The position numbers and the translations under genes were made by a program. Positions 19,058 through 27,970 of a stretch of DNA of 64,000 bases are shown one piece after another. Location: positions 21,660-85,659 of the forward strand of contig JACRDC010000049.1 in NCBI GenBank assembly GCA_016218705.1, written 5' to 3'. Numbering within the stretch: the stretch's first letter is position 1; each line of letters starts with the position of its first letter. The notes under the pieces were generated by a model that saw nothing but the letters and a program-made list of their open reading frames with translations, ran no database searches and had not been told where the DNA came from. This DNA comes from Desulfarculus sp. GTDB lineage: Bacteria > Desulfobacterota > Desulfarculia > Desulfarculales > Desulfarculaceae.

Positions 19058-19957
19058 ATGGAAGCCTTGGGGACCCTGGTCTTTGGCATCCTGCCCCACG
19101 CCGCCCTGGCGGTACTGCTGGGCGGGTGCGCCTGGCGCCTGTGGGGCTGGGCGGCCACCCCGGAGCCTTGGCCCCAGCCCTTGACCCCGGCCCCCGCCGG
19201 CCGGGCCGGAGTGGCTTGGCGGTTCTTGTGGCAGGCCCTGGCCATGCCGGCCCTGTGGCGGGCCAACCCCATACTGTGGGCCTTGGTCTGGCTGCTGCAC
19301 CTGTGCCTGCTGCTCACCTTCCTGCACCACCTGCGCCTGTTCGTGCAGCCGGTGCCGGAGTGGCTCATGGCCCTGCGCGCCCCCGGCCGCCTGGCCGGGC
19401 ACCTGCTACCCCTACTCTTGCTTATATTGTTGATGCGCCGCCTGGCCGGCCCAGTGCTGCGCCGGCTCTCGGTCTGGGAGGACTATCTGGCCCCGGCCCT
19501 GCTTTTGGCCTTGAGCCTTAGCGGCCTGGCCATGCACAGTCTGGAGCGGCCCCCCCTGGTGGAAATCAAGGCCCTGGCCCTGGGGCTCGTGGGCCTGCGC
19601 GCCGCCCCCTCGCCACCGGCCGGGCTGTTCTGGTTGCACTTCCTGCTGGCCCTGGGGCTGTGCTGCTACCTGCCCTGGGGCAAGCTGATGCACGGGGCCG
19701 GCCTGTGGTTGAGCCCGGGCCTGGGCCAGCCCGACAGCCTCCGTTCACGCGCCGCGGCCGCCACCGGCCAAGCCGCCACCCTGGTCCAGCCCGGCCCGCC
19801 GGAAACCTCCGCCTGGGGACCCGAGGAATACCGCGCCGCTCTGAAGAACCGCTGGGCCGGGGCCGGGGTGCACCGGGTCATGGGCGCCCGCGAGCGGGCG
19901 CAGAGCCTCACCGGCCACCGCCAGTGGCCAGGCCCGGGAGGCGACCATGGCCGCTGA
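19058..19957 (+). CDS. DsrM-like / NarI-family diheme cytochrome b membrane subunit (divergent)
   Basis: WLLHLCLLLTFLHHLRLF and FWLHF...PWGKLMH carry the four heme b His; RRLS..EDY motif. Confidence 0.8.
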   Translation: MEALGTLVFGILPHAALAVLLGGCAWRLWGWAATPEPWPQPLTPAPAGRAGVAWRFLWQALAMPALWRANPILWALVWLLHLCLLLTFLHHLRLFVQPVPEWLMALRAPGRLAGHLLPLLLLILLMRRLAGPVLRRLSVWEDYLAPALLLALSLSGLAMHSLERPPLVEIKALALGLVGLRAAPSPPAGLFWLHFLLALGLCCYLPWGKLMHGAGLWLSPGLGQPDSLRSRAAAATGQAATLVQPGPPETSAWGPEEYRAALKNRWAGAGVHRVMGARERAQSLTGHRQWPGPGGDHGR

Positions 19958-21407
19958 GTCCTGGCCGGCGCCCGCCATGGCGCTGGGCGCGTCGGCCGAT
20001 CAGGCCTGCCTGCCGGCCCAGGCCAACGACCTTGAGGCCCTGGGCCTGCCGGAAGCGTTGCCCCCGGACTGGCGCCAGCGTCTTTTGGGGGCCTTTGGCC
20101 AGGCCCTGGAGGGGCAGCGCGGCCTGCGCCAGGCCTTGGAGGCCTGCGTGGGCTGCGGGGCCTGCCACCAGTCTTGTTCGTTCCACCTGGGCACCGGCGA
20201 CCCCCACAACACCCCGCAAGGCCGCGCCGACTTGGCCAGGCGGTTGTACCGGCGGCATTTTTCGCCTCGGGCGCGGCTGTTGGGCCGGTGGGGCCAGCCA
20301 AGGGATATCCTTGATGAAGACCTGCTGGGCCTTTGGCGGGCCTATTTCTGGCAGTGTACCCTCTGCCGCCGCTGCACCCTGTTCTGCCCCCTGGGCATAG
20401 ACACCTCCCTGGTCACTCGGGCCTGCCGCCACATCCTGGCCCAAGTGGGACAGGTGCCTGGGCATGTCGCCCGCGAGTTCTTGGGCATCCTGGGCAGCGG
20501 CAACGGCCAAGGCCTGCCGCCAGCCGCCTGGACCGCCCGGCACCAGGCCCTGGAGGAGGAGCTCCTGCGCGAGACCGGCCAGGCCATGGCCTGCCCCGTG
20601 GACGAGCAGGGCGCGGACGTGCTCTTGATCCCCTCGCCCCAGGAGCCCTTCAGCCAATCCGCCACCTACAAGGGCTACGCCAAGGTCTTCCACGCCGCCG
20701 GCCTGTCCTGGACCACCAGCACCTACTTGAACCAGGCCAGCAATCCCGGCCTCTGGCTGGGTCCCCGCCAGGCGGCCCTGGTGGGGCGCCGGGTGTTGGA
20801 GGCCACCCGCCTGCTCAAGCCCCGGCACATCGTCGTCGCCGAGAGCGGACAGGGATGGGCGGTCTTGCGCAACCTGGGGGCGGTGCTGGCCGGCGGCTTG
20901 GCCGGCGAGAAATACCTCAAGGCCAAGGAGCCCCTGCATATCTGCCAGCTCAGCAGCCGCCTGCTCAAGGAGGGGGCCTTTGCCGGCGTCCTGCGGCCCC
21001 AGGCCCTGCAGGGGGTCAAACCGGTGTTTCACGAGCCCTGCCAGGTGGCGCGCTCCGGCGGGCTGGGCCAGGAGCCCCGCCGCCTGCTCAAGGCCGCCTG
21101 CCTGGGCTGGCTGGAGATGCCCAAACCCGTGGGCGGCCCCCTAACCCTGTGCTGCGGGGCCGGCGGCGGGCTCAACGCCCCGGAGCTGTACCAAGTCCGC
21201 CTGGCCGGCCTGATGCCCCTGGCCCGGGCCTTGGCCCAGGCCCAGCGCCGCCAGGGCTGCACCGCCGTGGTGACCATGTGCGCCACCTGCCAGGACCAAC
21301 TGGGCGAGGGGCTGGCCCACTTCGGTCTGGGCCTGACCGTGCACGGGGTGCACGAGTTCCTGGGCCAGGCCCTGTACCCCTCGCGCCCGGCGGAGGCCAG
21401 GCCGTGA
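19947..21407 (+). CDS. DsrK-like / HdrD-family Fe-S protein with CCG domain (divergent)
   Basis: CVGCGACHQSC, CTLCRRCTLFCPLGID, HEPC...CCGAGGG...CATC; overlaps the DsrM-like gene. Confidence 0.82.
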   Translation: MAAESWPAPAMALGASADQACLPAQANDLEALGLPEALPPDWRQRLLGAFGQALEGQRGLRQALEACVGCGACHQSCSFHLGTGDPHNTPQGRADLARRLYRRHFSPRARLLGRWGQPRDILDEDLLGLWRAYFWQCTLCRRCTLFCPLGIDTSLVTRACRHILAQVGQVPGHVAREFLGILGSGNGQGLPPAAWTARHQALEEELLRETGQAMACPVDEQGADVLLIPSPQEPFSQSATYKGYAKVFHAAGLSWTTSTYLNQASNPGLWLGPRQAALVGRRVLEATRLLKPRHIVVAESGQGWAVLRNLGAVLAGGLAGEKYLKAKEPLHICQLSSRLLKEGAFAGVLRPQALQGVKPVFHEPCQVARSGGLGQEPRRLLKAACLGWLEMPKPVGGPLTLCCGAGGGLNAPELYQVRLAGLMPLARALAQAQRRQGCTAVVTMCATCQDQLGEGLAHFGLGLTVHGVHEFLGQALYPSRPAEARP

Positions 21408-21701
21408 GGCCGGGGCAGGGCAGGGGCCTGATGGTCGGGGCGTTGGTCCTGGCCGGGCTGGCCCTGGCCGCCTGCGCCCCGCCGGCCCCGCCCCCCCGGC
21501 GCCAAGGCCAGGGCCGGGGCCATGCGGCCCGAGTATCACCAGCCGGCCCCCTGGTGGCGCGACCGGCACGCGCTGCTCCTGGAGCGGGCCGCCGCCGGGC
21601 TCAGGCTGGCCGACTGCCGGGTCTGCCACCAGCCCTCCCAGGCCTGCCGGCCCTGCCACGCCTATGTGGGCCTGCCCCCCGGGGAGGCCGACCGTGACTA
21701 G
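21404..21701 (+). pseudogene. Diheme c-type cytochrome lipoprotein (DsrJ-like tail), frameshifted in a C7 run
   Basis: GTG 21404 gives signal peptide and LAAC lipobox; removing one C at 21491-21497 joins a frame encoding ...CRVCH..CRPCHAYVG...TAG 21701. Confidence 0.72.
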
Positions 21702-22344
21702 ACCGCCGGCAAATCCGGGAGGGCGGGGCCGCCCCGGCCCGTGGGTCTGGCTGGAGCGCCGCCTGGGCCTGGGCGAGGCCTTTCGCCAGCGCTACCTGGA
21801 GCGCCAGGTGCCGGCATTGCGCGGCTGGCCCCAGTATTTCCACCGCTGCCTGGGGGGGCTGAGCCTGCTGCTCTTGGTGGTGCAACTCCTCACGGGGCTC
21901 TTTTTGCTGCTGCACTACCGGCCCGAGCCCGGCCAGGCCCTGGCCAGCCTGATGCGCATGGAGGCCCAGGTCTGGGGGGGCTGGGCGCTCAGACGGGCCC
22001 ACGCCGTGGGTGGCAACCTCTTGCCGTGGCTGGTGAGCCTGCATATGCTCAAGGTGCTGTGGCGGGGCGCCTTTCATGATCCCCGCGAACTCAACTGGCT
22101 CAGCGGCGCGCTGCTGTGGCTGGCCAGCCTGGCCATGCTGGTCAGCGGCGGGTTGTTGCCCGCCACCCAGGGCGCCTGGCGGGGGCTGGCCACCCTGTGC
22201 CAGGCCCTGGGCCTGGACCCGCCGGGCCTGGAGGGCCTGGGTCTGGCCCATGGCCTGCATCTGGGCCTGCCCTGGCTGATGCTCCTGGCCCTGTGGGCCC
22301 ACCTGGCCATGGTGCGCCGCCTGGGCCTGGCCGAGCCTTTGTGA
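21694..22344 (+). CDS. Cytochrome b6-like N-terminal subunit (PetB/QcrB-N)
   Basis: HRCLGG, QLLTGLFLLLHYRP, GWALRRAH..SLHMLKV, PRELNWLSG, second His pair, ends RRLGLAEPL. Confidence 0.85.
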   Translation: MTRPPANPGGRGRPGPWVWLERRLGLGEAFRQRYLERQVPALRGWPQYFHRCLGGLSLLLLVVQLLTGLFLLLHYRPEPGQALASLMRMEAQVWGGWALRRAHAVGGNLLPWLVSLHMLKVLWRGAFHDPRELNWLSGALLWLASLAMLVSGGLLPATQGAWRGLATLCQALGLDPPGLEGLGLAHGLHLGLPWLMLLALWAHLAMVRRLGLAEPL

Positions 22345-22357
22345 CCAGGATGAAGCC

Positions 22358-22771
22358 ATGAAGATCTACGACCCCCGCCGCGACGGACCCTTGCAGCCCC
22401 TGGTGCCCCACGGCCTACTGGACCTGGCCCTGGCCGGCCTGGGTCTCCTGGTGCTGTTGGTGGGGCTGTGCGTGCTGGCCCCGGGCTGGTTCCAGGACCC
22501 GCCCCTGCCGGCGGGCGGGGCTGCCCTGGCCGGGGAGGCCACGCCGGCCTGGTACTGGCTGCCCCTGCTGGGGCTGTTTGATCTGCTGCCCGGCGGCTGG
22601 GGCCTGACCCTGGGGGTGCTTATGCTGCTGGCCCTGGGGGGCCTGCCCTTCTGGCGGCGCGGTCCGCGTCTGCCCGCGCGCCAGCGTCCCCTGTTCCTCA
22701 AGGTGCTTCTTACCGCCCTGACTCTGCTCCTTGGCCTCTTCCTGTGGGGGGCCTGGAGGATGACGGCCTGA
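22358..22771 (+). CDS. Cytochrome b6f subunit IV-like (PetD/cytochrome b C-terminal)
   Basis: Three TM helices, TPAWYWLP (PEWY-equivalent), LPFW..RQRP. Confidence 0.75.
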   Translation: MKIYDPRRDGPLQPLVPHGLLDLALAGLGLLVLLVGLCVLAPGWFQDPPLPAGGAALAGEATPAWYWLPLLGLFDLLPGGWGLTLGVLMLLALGGLPFWRRGPRLPARQRPLFLKVLLTALTLLLGLFLWGAWRMTA

Positions 22772-23385
22772 TGGACGGGCGGGCGCTCATGGGGCCCTGG
22801 GCCTGGAGATGGGGCGTGGCCCTGGCCCTGTTTTTGGGCCTGGCGGTCTGGCCGGCCACCGCCGGCGCCCAGGCCGGCCCGGGGGGCCAGTGCCGGCAGT
22901 GCCACCTGAGCCAGCCCTCGCGGGTGCTGGGGCAACTGGCCTGGCAGGGGCCGCTGGAGCAGGGACGGCTCACCCCCTGTCCGGGGCTCCAGGTGGTGCA
23001 GGAGGAGCTTTGGGCCACCGAGAGCCTGCTCAGCGGCCTGGCCGCCCAGTTGCCCGGCCTGGCCCGCCAGGGCCGTTACGTGGAGCCCTGGCGCCTGGCC
23101 CTGCACCAGGCCCGGGCCGGCCTGGCCTTGGCCCTGGCCGAGCCCCTGGAGGACGGCGGGCCGGCTGTCCGGCGCCTGGCCCAGGTGCGCCGCCTGGCCC
23201 ATGAGGGCGCCCTGGCCCCCCTGCTGGAGCAGAACCAGCTCAGCCGCCAGCGTCTGTGGTGGGGGCTATTGTTGCTGGGCGGCCTACTACTGGCCCTGGC
23301 CTGGCTGGTGGGATGGCGCCGGGGCCTGCCGGCCGAGCCCGGCGAGCGCGTCTTCGCCCGGGTCAAGGCGGGGCGCCTGCCATGA
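22771..23385 (+). CDS. Exported monoheme c protein with C-terminal membrane anchor
   Basis: Signal peptide, CRQCH, C-terminal TM helix; TGATG overlap. Confidence 0.6.
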   Translation: MDGRALMGPWAWRWGVALALFLGLAVWPATAGAQAGPGGQCRQCHLSQPSRVLGQLAWQGPLEQGRLTPCPGLQVVQEELWATESLLSGLAAQLPGLARQGRYVEPWRLALHQARAGLALALAEPLEDGGPAVRRLAQVRRLAHEGALAPLLEQNQLSRQRLWWGLLLLGGLLLALAWLVGWRRGLPAEPGERVFARVKAGRLP

Positions 23386-25082
23386 AGTTTACGGCGCTCA
23401 AGTGGGCCAGGGGCTGGCTGGCCGGGCTGGCGGGCCTGCTTTGGGCCTGTGGCCTGGGGGCGGTGCTGGGTTGCTCCGAGGCCCCGGAGCCGCCCTCCAC
23501 CGCTATTGGCCAGCAGCAGGCGGCGGCCCGCGCCCAGGCCCAGGAGTTGGCCGGTCAGTTGGCGGCCCGGCGGGAGCGGGTGCTGGCCCTGTGCGGCCTG
23601 GCGGCCAAGGCCGCGCCCAGCACCCCGGACCTGGCCCGGGGACTCTACCAGGAGGCCTGGCAAGAGGCCCAGTCCCTGGCCGAGCCCAAGGCCGCGGTGC
23701 TGGCCCAGCAACTGCGCCAGGAGGCCGGCGCCGCCCAGGACGCGGCCCGCCGGCGGGAACTGGACCTGGCCGGGCGCCTGGAGGATTACAGCCGGCGGGC
23801 CTGGCCGCTCAGGGTGGTGGCCGAGGGCTGCCAGGCCTTGGCTCCCCAGGTGGCCGCCCAGGCCCTCAAGCAGGGCCTGGCCCTGGCCAAGGTCAACCCC
23901 GACCTGGTGGCCCGCGACCAGGACCTGGGGGGCTTCTGCCTGGTGCTGGCCCGCCGCGACCCCGTGGCCGGCCGCGCCCTGGCCGGCGAGTTGGGCGACC
24001 CCCTGTGGCGGGCCTGGGTCTGGCGGGAGCTGGCCGTCCTGGAGGGCGGACCCCTGGCCTGGACCCAGGCGGCCCAGGCGGCCCGCGAGCTGCCCCATAC
24101 CGCCCTGCGCGCCCGTGAGCTGGCGGCCACGGCTTTGGCCGCCTGCGAGTCCGACCCCGCCCTGGGGCTCACCCTCTTTCAGGAAGCCTTCCAGGCCGCC
24201 GGCGGCCTGGCCCAGCCCCGGGAGCGTGCCCTGTTGCAGGGCCAGGTGGCGGCGCTTTTGGCGCGGGTGGACGCCGAGTCGGGCTGGCGCCTGGCCAAGC
24301 GGGCCGAGCCCCTGGCCGGCGCCCGCTTCCAGGCCTGCCGCTGGGCCGGCCTGGCCCTGTTGGGCAGCGACCCCGTGGCCGGCCGGCGCGCCCTGCACGA
24401 GGCCTGGGAGGCCTCCCAGGCCCTGCCCCTGGAGTTCGAGCGCCAGCGGGCCGTGTGCCTGCTGGCCCAAGACCTGGCCGGCCCCGACCCGGCCCTGGCC
24501 CGGGAGATGCTGGAGACCCTGCCCCCGGGCGAGAACCTGTTGCGCGGCGAGGCCGAGGCTGCTATGGTGCTGGCCGAGGCCAGCCGGGACTGGCCAGCGG
24601 CCCTGGCCCAGGCCTCGCGGCTTGCCGATCCCTTGAGCCGCCTGCGGGTGCTGATGCGCCTGAGCGCGGTGGCTGGGCAGGGCCAGGCCGGCTCCAGCGC
24701 GGAGCTACTGGCCCGCGCCCTGGACCTGGCCCGGCCCCTGGGGGCCCATGAGGCCCTGCGCGCCCTTGCCCTGGAGTGGGCGGCCCGGGAGCCGCGCAAA
24801 GGGGTTGACATCGCCGCCGCCATCGGCGAAAACGTGGCCAGGGCCGCGGCGCTGTCCAGCGTGGCCAGGGTCCTGGCCCAGGGGGGGCAGACGGCCGCCA
24901 GCCAGTGGGCCTTGTATCTGGCCGAGGAGGCCCTGCAAGGACTGCCAGCCAATCAGGCTATTGACAAGGCGCGCTTGCTGGGCGATATGGGACAGGAATG
25001 GGCCGCGGGCGACGCGGAGTTGTCCCGGCGCTTTTTTGAGATGGGCGCCGAGGCGGCCAGGAAAGTGGGTACCAGCAGTTGA
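23382..25082 (+). CDS. Large alpha-helical repeat hypothetical protein, probable lipoprotein
   Basis: ATGA overlap; hydrophobic N-terminus with VLGC lipobox; Ala/Leu/Arg helical repeats. Confidence 0.65.
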   Translation: MKFTALKWARGWLAGLAGLLWACGLGAVLGCSEAPEPPSTAIGQQQAAARAQAQELAGQLAARRERVLALCGLAAKAAPSTPDLARGLYQEAWQEAQSLAEPKAAVLAQQLRQEAGAAQDAARRRELDLAGRLEDYSRRAWPLRVVAEGCQALAPQVAAQALKQGLALAKVNPDLVARDQDLGGFCLVLARRDPVAGRALAGELGDPLWRAWVWRELAVLEGGPLAWTQAAQAARELPHTALRARELAATALAACESDPALGLTLFQEAFQAAGGLAQPRERALLQGQVAALLARVDAESGWRLAKRAEPLAGARFQACRWAGLALLGSDPVAGRRALHEAWEASQALPLEFERQRAVCLLAQDLAGPDPALAREMLETLPPGENLLRGEAEAAMVLAEASRDWPAALAQASRLADPLSRLRVLMRLSAVAGQGQAGSSAELLARALDLARPLGAHEALRALALEWAAREPRKGVDIAAAIGENVARAAALSSVARVLAQGGQTAASQWALYLAEEALQGLPANQAIDKARLLGDMGQEWAAGDAELSRRFFEMGAEAARKVGTSS

Positions 25083-25129
25083 GTTTCGGGTTTTGCCCGG
25101 TTTGATGCCAATCGGAAGGAGGACAGCTT

Positions 25130-25315
25130 ATGTTCCAGGTCGTGGTTGATGCCGACAAATGCGTTGGCGACGAGGAGTGCGTGGAGGTTTGCCCGGTGGA
25201 CGTGTATGAAATGCAAGATGGCAAGGCGGTCCCCGTGAACGCGGAGGAGTGCCTGGGCTGCGAGAGCTGCGTCGAGGTGTGCGAGAACGACGCCATCACG
25301 ATCACCGAAGTCTAA
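25130..25315 (+). CDS. Dicluster ferredoxin, 7Fe type (CxxDxxC first motif)
   Basis: CVGDEECVEVCP and CLGCESCVEVC; closely resembles Desulfovibrio africanus ferredoxin III; AGGAGG RBS. Confidence 0.95.
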   Translation: MFQVVVDADKCVGDEECVEVCPVDVYEMQDGKAVPVNAEECLGCESCVEVCENDAITITEV

Positions 25316-25333
25316 GCCGCCCCAGATCAGAGC

Positions 25334-25374
25334 AACCCGCCGCGGGGCCCCTGCCGGCCCCGCGGCGGGTTTTG
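25334..25374 (+). terminator. Rho-independent terminator after ferredoxin
   Basis: AACCCGCCGCGGGGCC / GGCCCCGCGGCGGGTT stem followed by T run. Confidence 0.85.
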
Positions 25375-25785
25375 TGTTTCCCGGCCCTGGCGGGCACCGG
25401 CGGGTTTTGATTTTTGGCCGCCCAAGCCCCGTGTCCCGCTCTTAGCCCGGCCATTCCTAGGGCACCGGCAAGGGGGCTGCTATGATCCACCCGGGAAGGG
25501 ATACGGGCTCTCTGCGGCCCCTGCCCACGCCAGGGCGGAGAGTCCACCCCGCGCCGGCAGCCGCACCGGCAAAGCCAGTATGGCCGGGTGGCTCTAGCGG
25601 GACACCAAAAGAAACCGCTTAGGTTTTCTTGGGCCGCCGAAACCGTATGGGTTGTGCCCAGAGGAAATTTGCAGAAAAACCTATGCGTCCGATCTGAAAT
25701 ACGAAAAAACTTCAGACCTAAAAAGGGCCAGGGCCGGCCCCGGGGGGAGCCGGCCCTGGCGAGGGTCGCCGTATTCAAGCCGCTG

Positions 25786-26217
25786 CTACTTGGCCTTGGG
25801 ATGGCACTCGTCGCACTTGGTGGGGCCCTTCTTCTGGTCCTTGTGGCAGTCGCGGCACTGCTTGTGGAAGGCGTTGTAGAGGCTCAGGCTCTCGCCCTCC
25901 ACCGGGGGCTTCTTGTCCGCGGAGGTATGGCACTCGGCGCATTTCTGCACCTTGTCGCCGTCCTTCCAGGTGTTGGTCTTCTTGTCCTTCTTCACGTGGT
26001 GGCACTTGTCGCAGGCGATCTTGTACTCCACGTTGTGCTTGGTGTGGGTCAGCTTCACCGGGGCCTTGGTCAGGGTGCCGAAGACCTTGGTGTTGTCAAT
26101 GGGGAACTCGTCCTTCACCTCGCCGGACTTGGTTTTGGCCGCCCAGGCCGCCCCTCCCACCAGGGCCAGCGCCAGGAAGGCCACCAGGGCCAAGATGGCA
26201 ACAAAGCTTTTCTTCAT
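25786..26217 (-). CDS. Tetraheme cytochrome c3 (class III)
   Basis: Signal peptide; four CxxCH (CDKCHH, CAECH, CRDCH, CDECH) plus distal His; Lys-rich. Confidence 0.93.
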   Translation of the reverse strand: MKKSFVAILALVAFLALALVGGAAWAAKTKSGEVKDEFPIDNTKVFGTLTKAPVKLTHTKHNVEYKIACDKCHHVKKDKKTNTWKDGDKVQKCAECHTSADKKPPVEGESLSLYNAFHKQCRDCHKDQKKGPTKCDECHPKAK

Positions 26218-26288
26218 GTCGTTGTCTCCTCCTCCCCGCTAATAAAAAAGCGAATTGAAAACTCTCGCTTGCCTAACCCATAGCCGGC

Positions 26289-26318
26289 TTTATAGCCCTG
26301 GGGCGCGGCCATTGTCAA
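26289..26318 (-). promoter_or_regulatory. Putative sigma70 promoter of cytochrome c3
   Basis: Minus strand TTGACA-18 bp-TATAAA. Confidence 0.55.
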
Positions 26319-26434
26319 GTGAATTTACCCACAGGGAGCGTTGTGCAATAATTGTGCAACGGCCTGTAGAATCAGCCACTTAACCCCTACGGGCCTGGTC
26401 GGGACCGTCCAGGGGCCCTCCCAGGAGGCTATGG

Positions 26435-27238
26435 CTATTTGACAAGCATTTCCAGCCGCTTGGCCTCTTGCCATAGGTCTTCCAGTTGCGGGGGGGCCAA
26501 TTGTCCCAAGCCCTGGCCCCGGCCCGCGGCCAGGGCCTCCATGGCCGCGAAGCGCCGCTGAAAACGCCGGTTGGCCCCGCGCAGGGCCGCCTCGGCGTCC
26601 AGGCCCCGGTGGCGCGCCCACTGGGCCAGGCTGAAGAGCACGTCGCCCAGCTCCTCCTGGGCGCGCTCATGGCCCTGGGCGGCGGCCAGCTCGGCCATTT
26701 CCTCGCCCACCTTGTCCCACACGCCGGCGGCGCCGGGCCAATCGAAACGCACCCGCGCCGCCCTCTGGCCCAGGCGCTGGGCGCGGGAGAGGGCCGGGAT
26801 GGCCTTGGGCAGGCTCTCCAGGAGCCCGCCGGCCGCCTCGCCCCGCTCCTGGTCCTTGATGCGCCCCCACTGCTGGCGCACGGCCTGGGCGTCGTCCAGG
26901 GCCTGGCCACCGAAGACGTGGGGGTGGCGGCGGACCATCTTTTCCTCCACCGCCTCCAGGACCTGGGTCAGGTTGAAGCCGCCCGACTCGGCGTAGAGTT
27001 CGGCCAGGAAGACCACGTGGAAGACCAGGTCGCCCAGCTCGCCCCGCGCCTGAACGGGGTCGCCGCCTTCCACGGCCTCCACGGCCTCGTGGGCCTCCTC
27101 CAGCAGGTAGGCGGCCACGGTTTGCGGGGTCTGCTGGCGGTCCCAGGGACAGCCGCCAGGGGCGCGCAGGCGGCTGACCAGGTCCATGAGCCGGGCCAGG
27201 GCCTGGCCAGCCGATGGGCGCGGGTTGGGGCCGTTCAT
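26435..27238 (-). CDS. mazG: Nucleoside triphosphate pyrophosphohydrolase MazG
   Basis: LRAPGGCPWDRQQT, EEAHE, ELGD twice, RRHPHVF. Confidence 0.95.
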   Translation of the reverse strand: MNGPNPRPSAGQALARLMDLVSRLRAPGGCPWDRQQTPQTVAAYLLEEAHEAVEAVEGGDPVQARGELGDLVFHVVFLAELYAESGGFNLTQVLEAVEEKMVRRHPHVFGGQALDDAQAVRQQWGRIKDQERGEAAGGLLESLPKAIPALSRAQRLGQRAARVRFDWPGAAGVWDKVGEEMAELAAAQGHERAQEELGDVLFSLAQWARHRGLDAEAALRGANRRFQRRFAAMEALAAGRGQGLGQLAPPQLEDLWQEAKRLEMLVK

Positions 27239-27807
27239 TTGCCGGGTTCCGCCGCCTTGGGTTTGATGAGGCCGGCCTTGGCCTGCATCTCGCGGGTCCA
27301 GTCCTGGGGCAACAGGTCCAGCAGGTAGCGGCCGGTCTGTATTACCCGGGGGGCCACCAGGGAGCGGCTGACCAGGCTGCCCTGCTGCCCCTCGGGTTGG
27401 GCCAGCATGGCCAGGGGCAGCACCATCAGCAGGATGTTGAGCAGCAGATAAGACAGCAGTATGCCCTTGGCCCCGCCCACCCCGGAGCCAAAGAGGCGGT
27501 CCAGCCCCGAGAAGGGGCCGGCGTGGATCAGGCGGGCCAGGGCGGCGGCCATGTAGACAAAGGCCAGGAAGACCACCAGCAGCACCAGGGCGAAGGCCAC
27601 GCCGTCCCACCAGCCGGCCTCGATGGCGCTGACCCGGCGCAGGAAGCCGGCCAGGGGCTTGTAGGTGGCCACTCCCAGGAACAGGGCCGCCACCAGGCCG
27701 ATCAGCCCCATGATCTCCCTGACGAAGCCGCGCACCGCCCCCCGGATGACAAAAAAGCCCAAAAGGACCAGCAGGGCGATGTCCAGTATGTTGGGGCCGG
27801 ATTCCAT
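27235..27807 (-). CDS. CvpA family membrane protein
   Basis: NILDI...GAVRGFVRE, LDRLFGSGVG. Confidence 0.85.
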   Translation of the reverse strand: MESGPNILDIALLVLLGFFVIRGAVRGFVREIMGLIGLVAALFLGVATYKPLAGFLRRVSAIEAGWWDGVAFALVLLVVFLAFVYMAAALARLIHAGPFSGLDRLFGSGVGGAKGILLSYLLLNILLMVLPLAMLAQPEGQQGSLVSRSLVAPRVIQTGRYLLDLLPQDWTREMQAKAGLIKPKAAEPGK

Positions 27808-27970
27808 GGACTTATGCCTTAGCATGCCACCCGGGGCCTTGTCAAGGCGGCCTCCGGGAGGCCCGTCCCATTTGCCTTTTTGAAACAATGGATTATGCAC
27901 AGGCAATCCACGGAGTGCCCGGCGCTACCCCCTTGTTTGGCCACAGGCGCTGTGGTAATAATGGCGGCAT

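Noticed and set aside
20333..21697. 454-aa plus-strand ORF overlapping the DsrK-like gene
   Set aside because: Shadow frame; only codons from 21404 to about 21496 are meaningful, as the N-terminus of the frameshifted cytochrome
25380..25760. Possible ncRNA between ferredoxin and cytochrome c3
   Set aside because: Some hairpins and a TGCTATGAT element, but no recognisable RNase P, SRP, 6S or riboswitch motif; the last hairpin is explained as the c3 terminator
26317..26359. Rex-like operator upstream of cytochrome c3
   Set aside because: Only a partial GTG-N8-CAC match; too weak to call without a matrix scan
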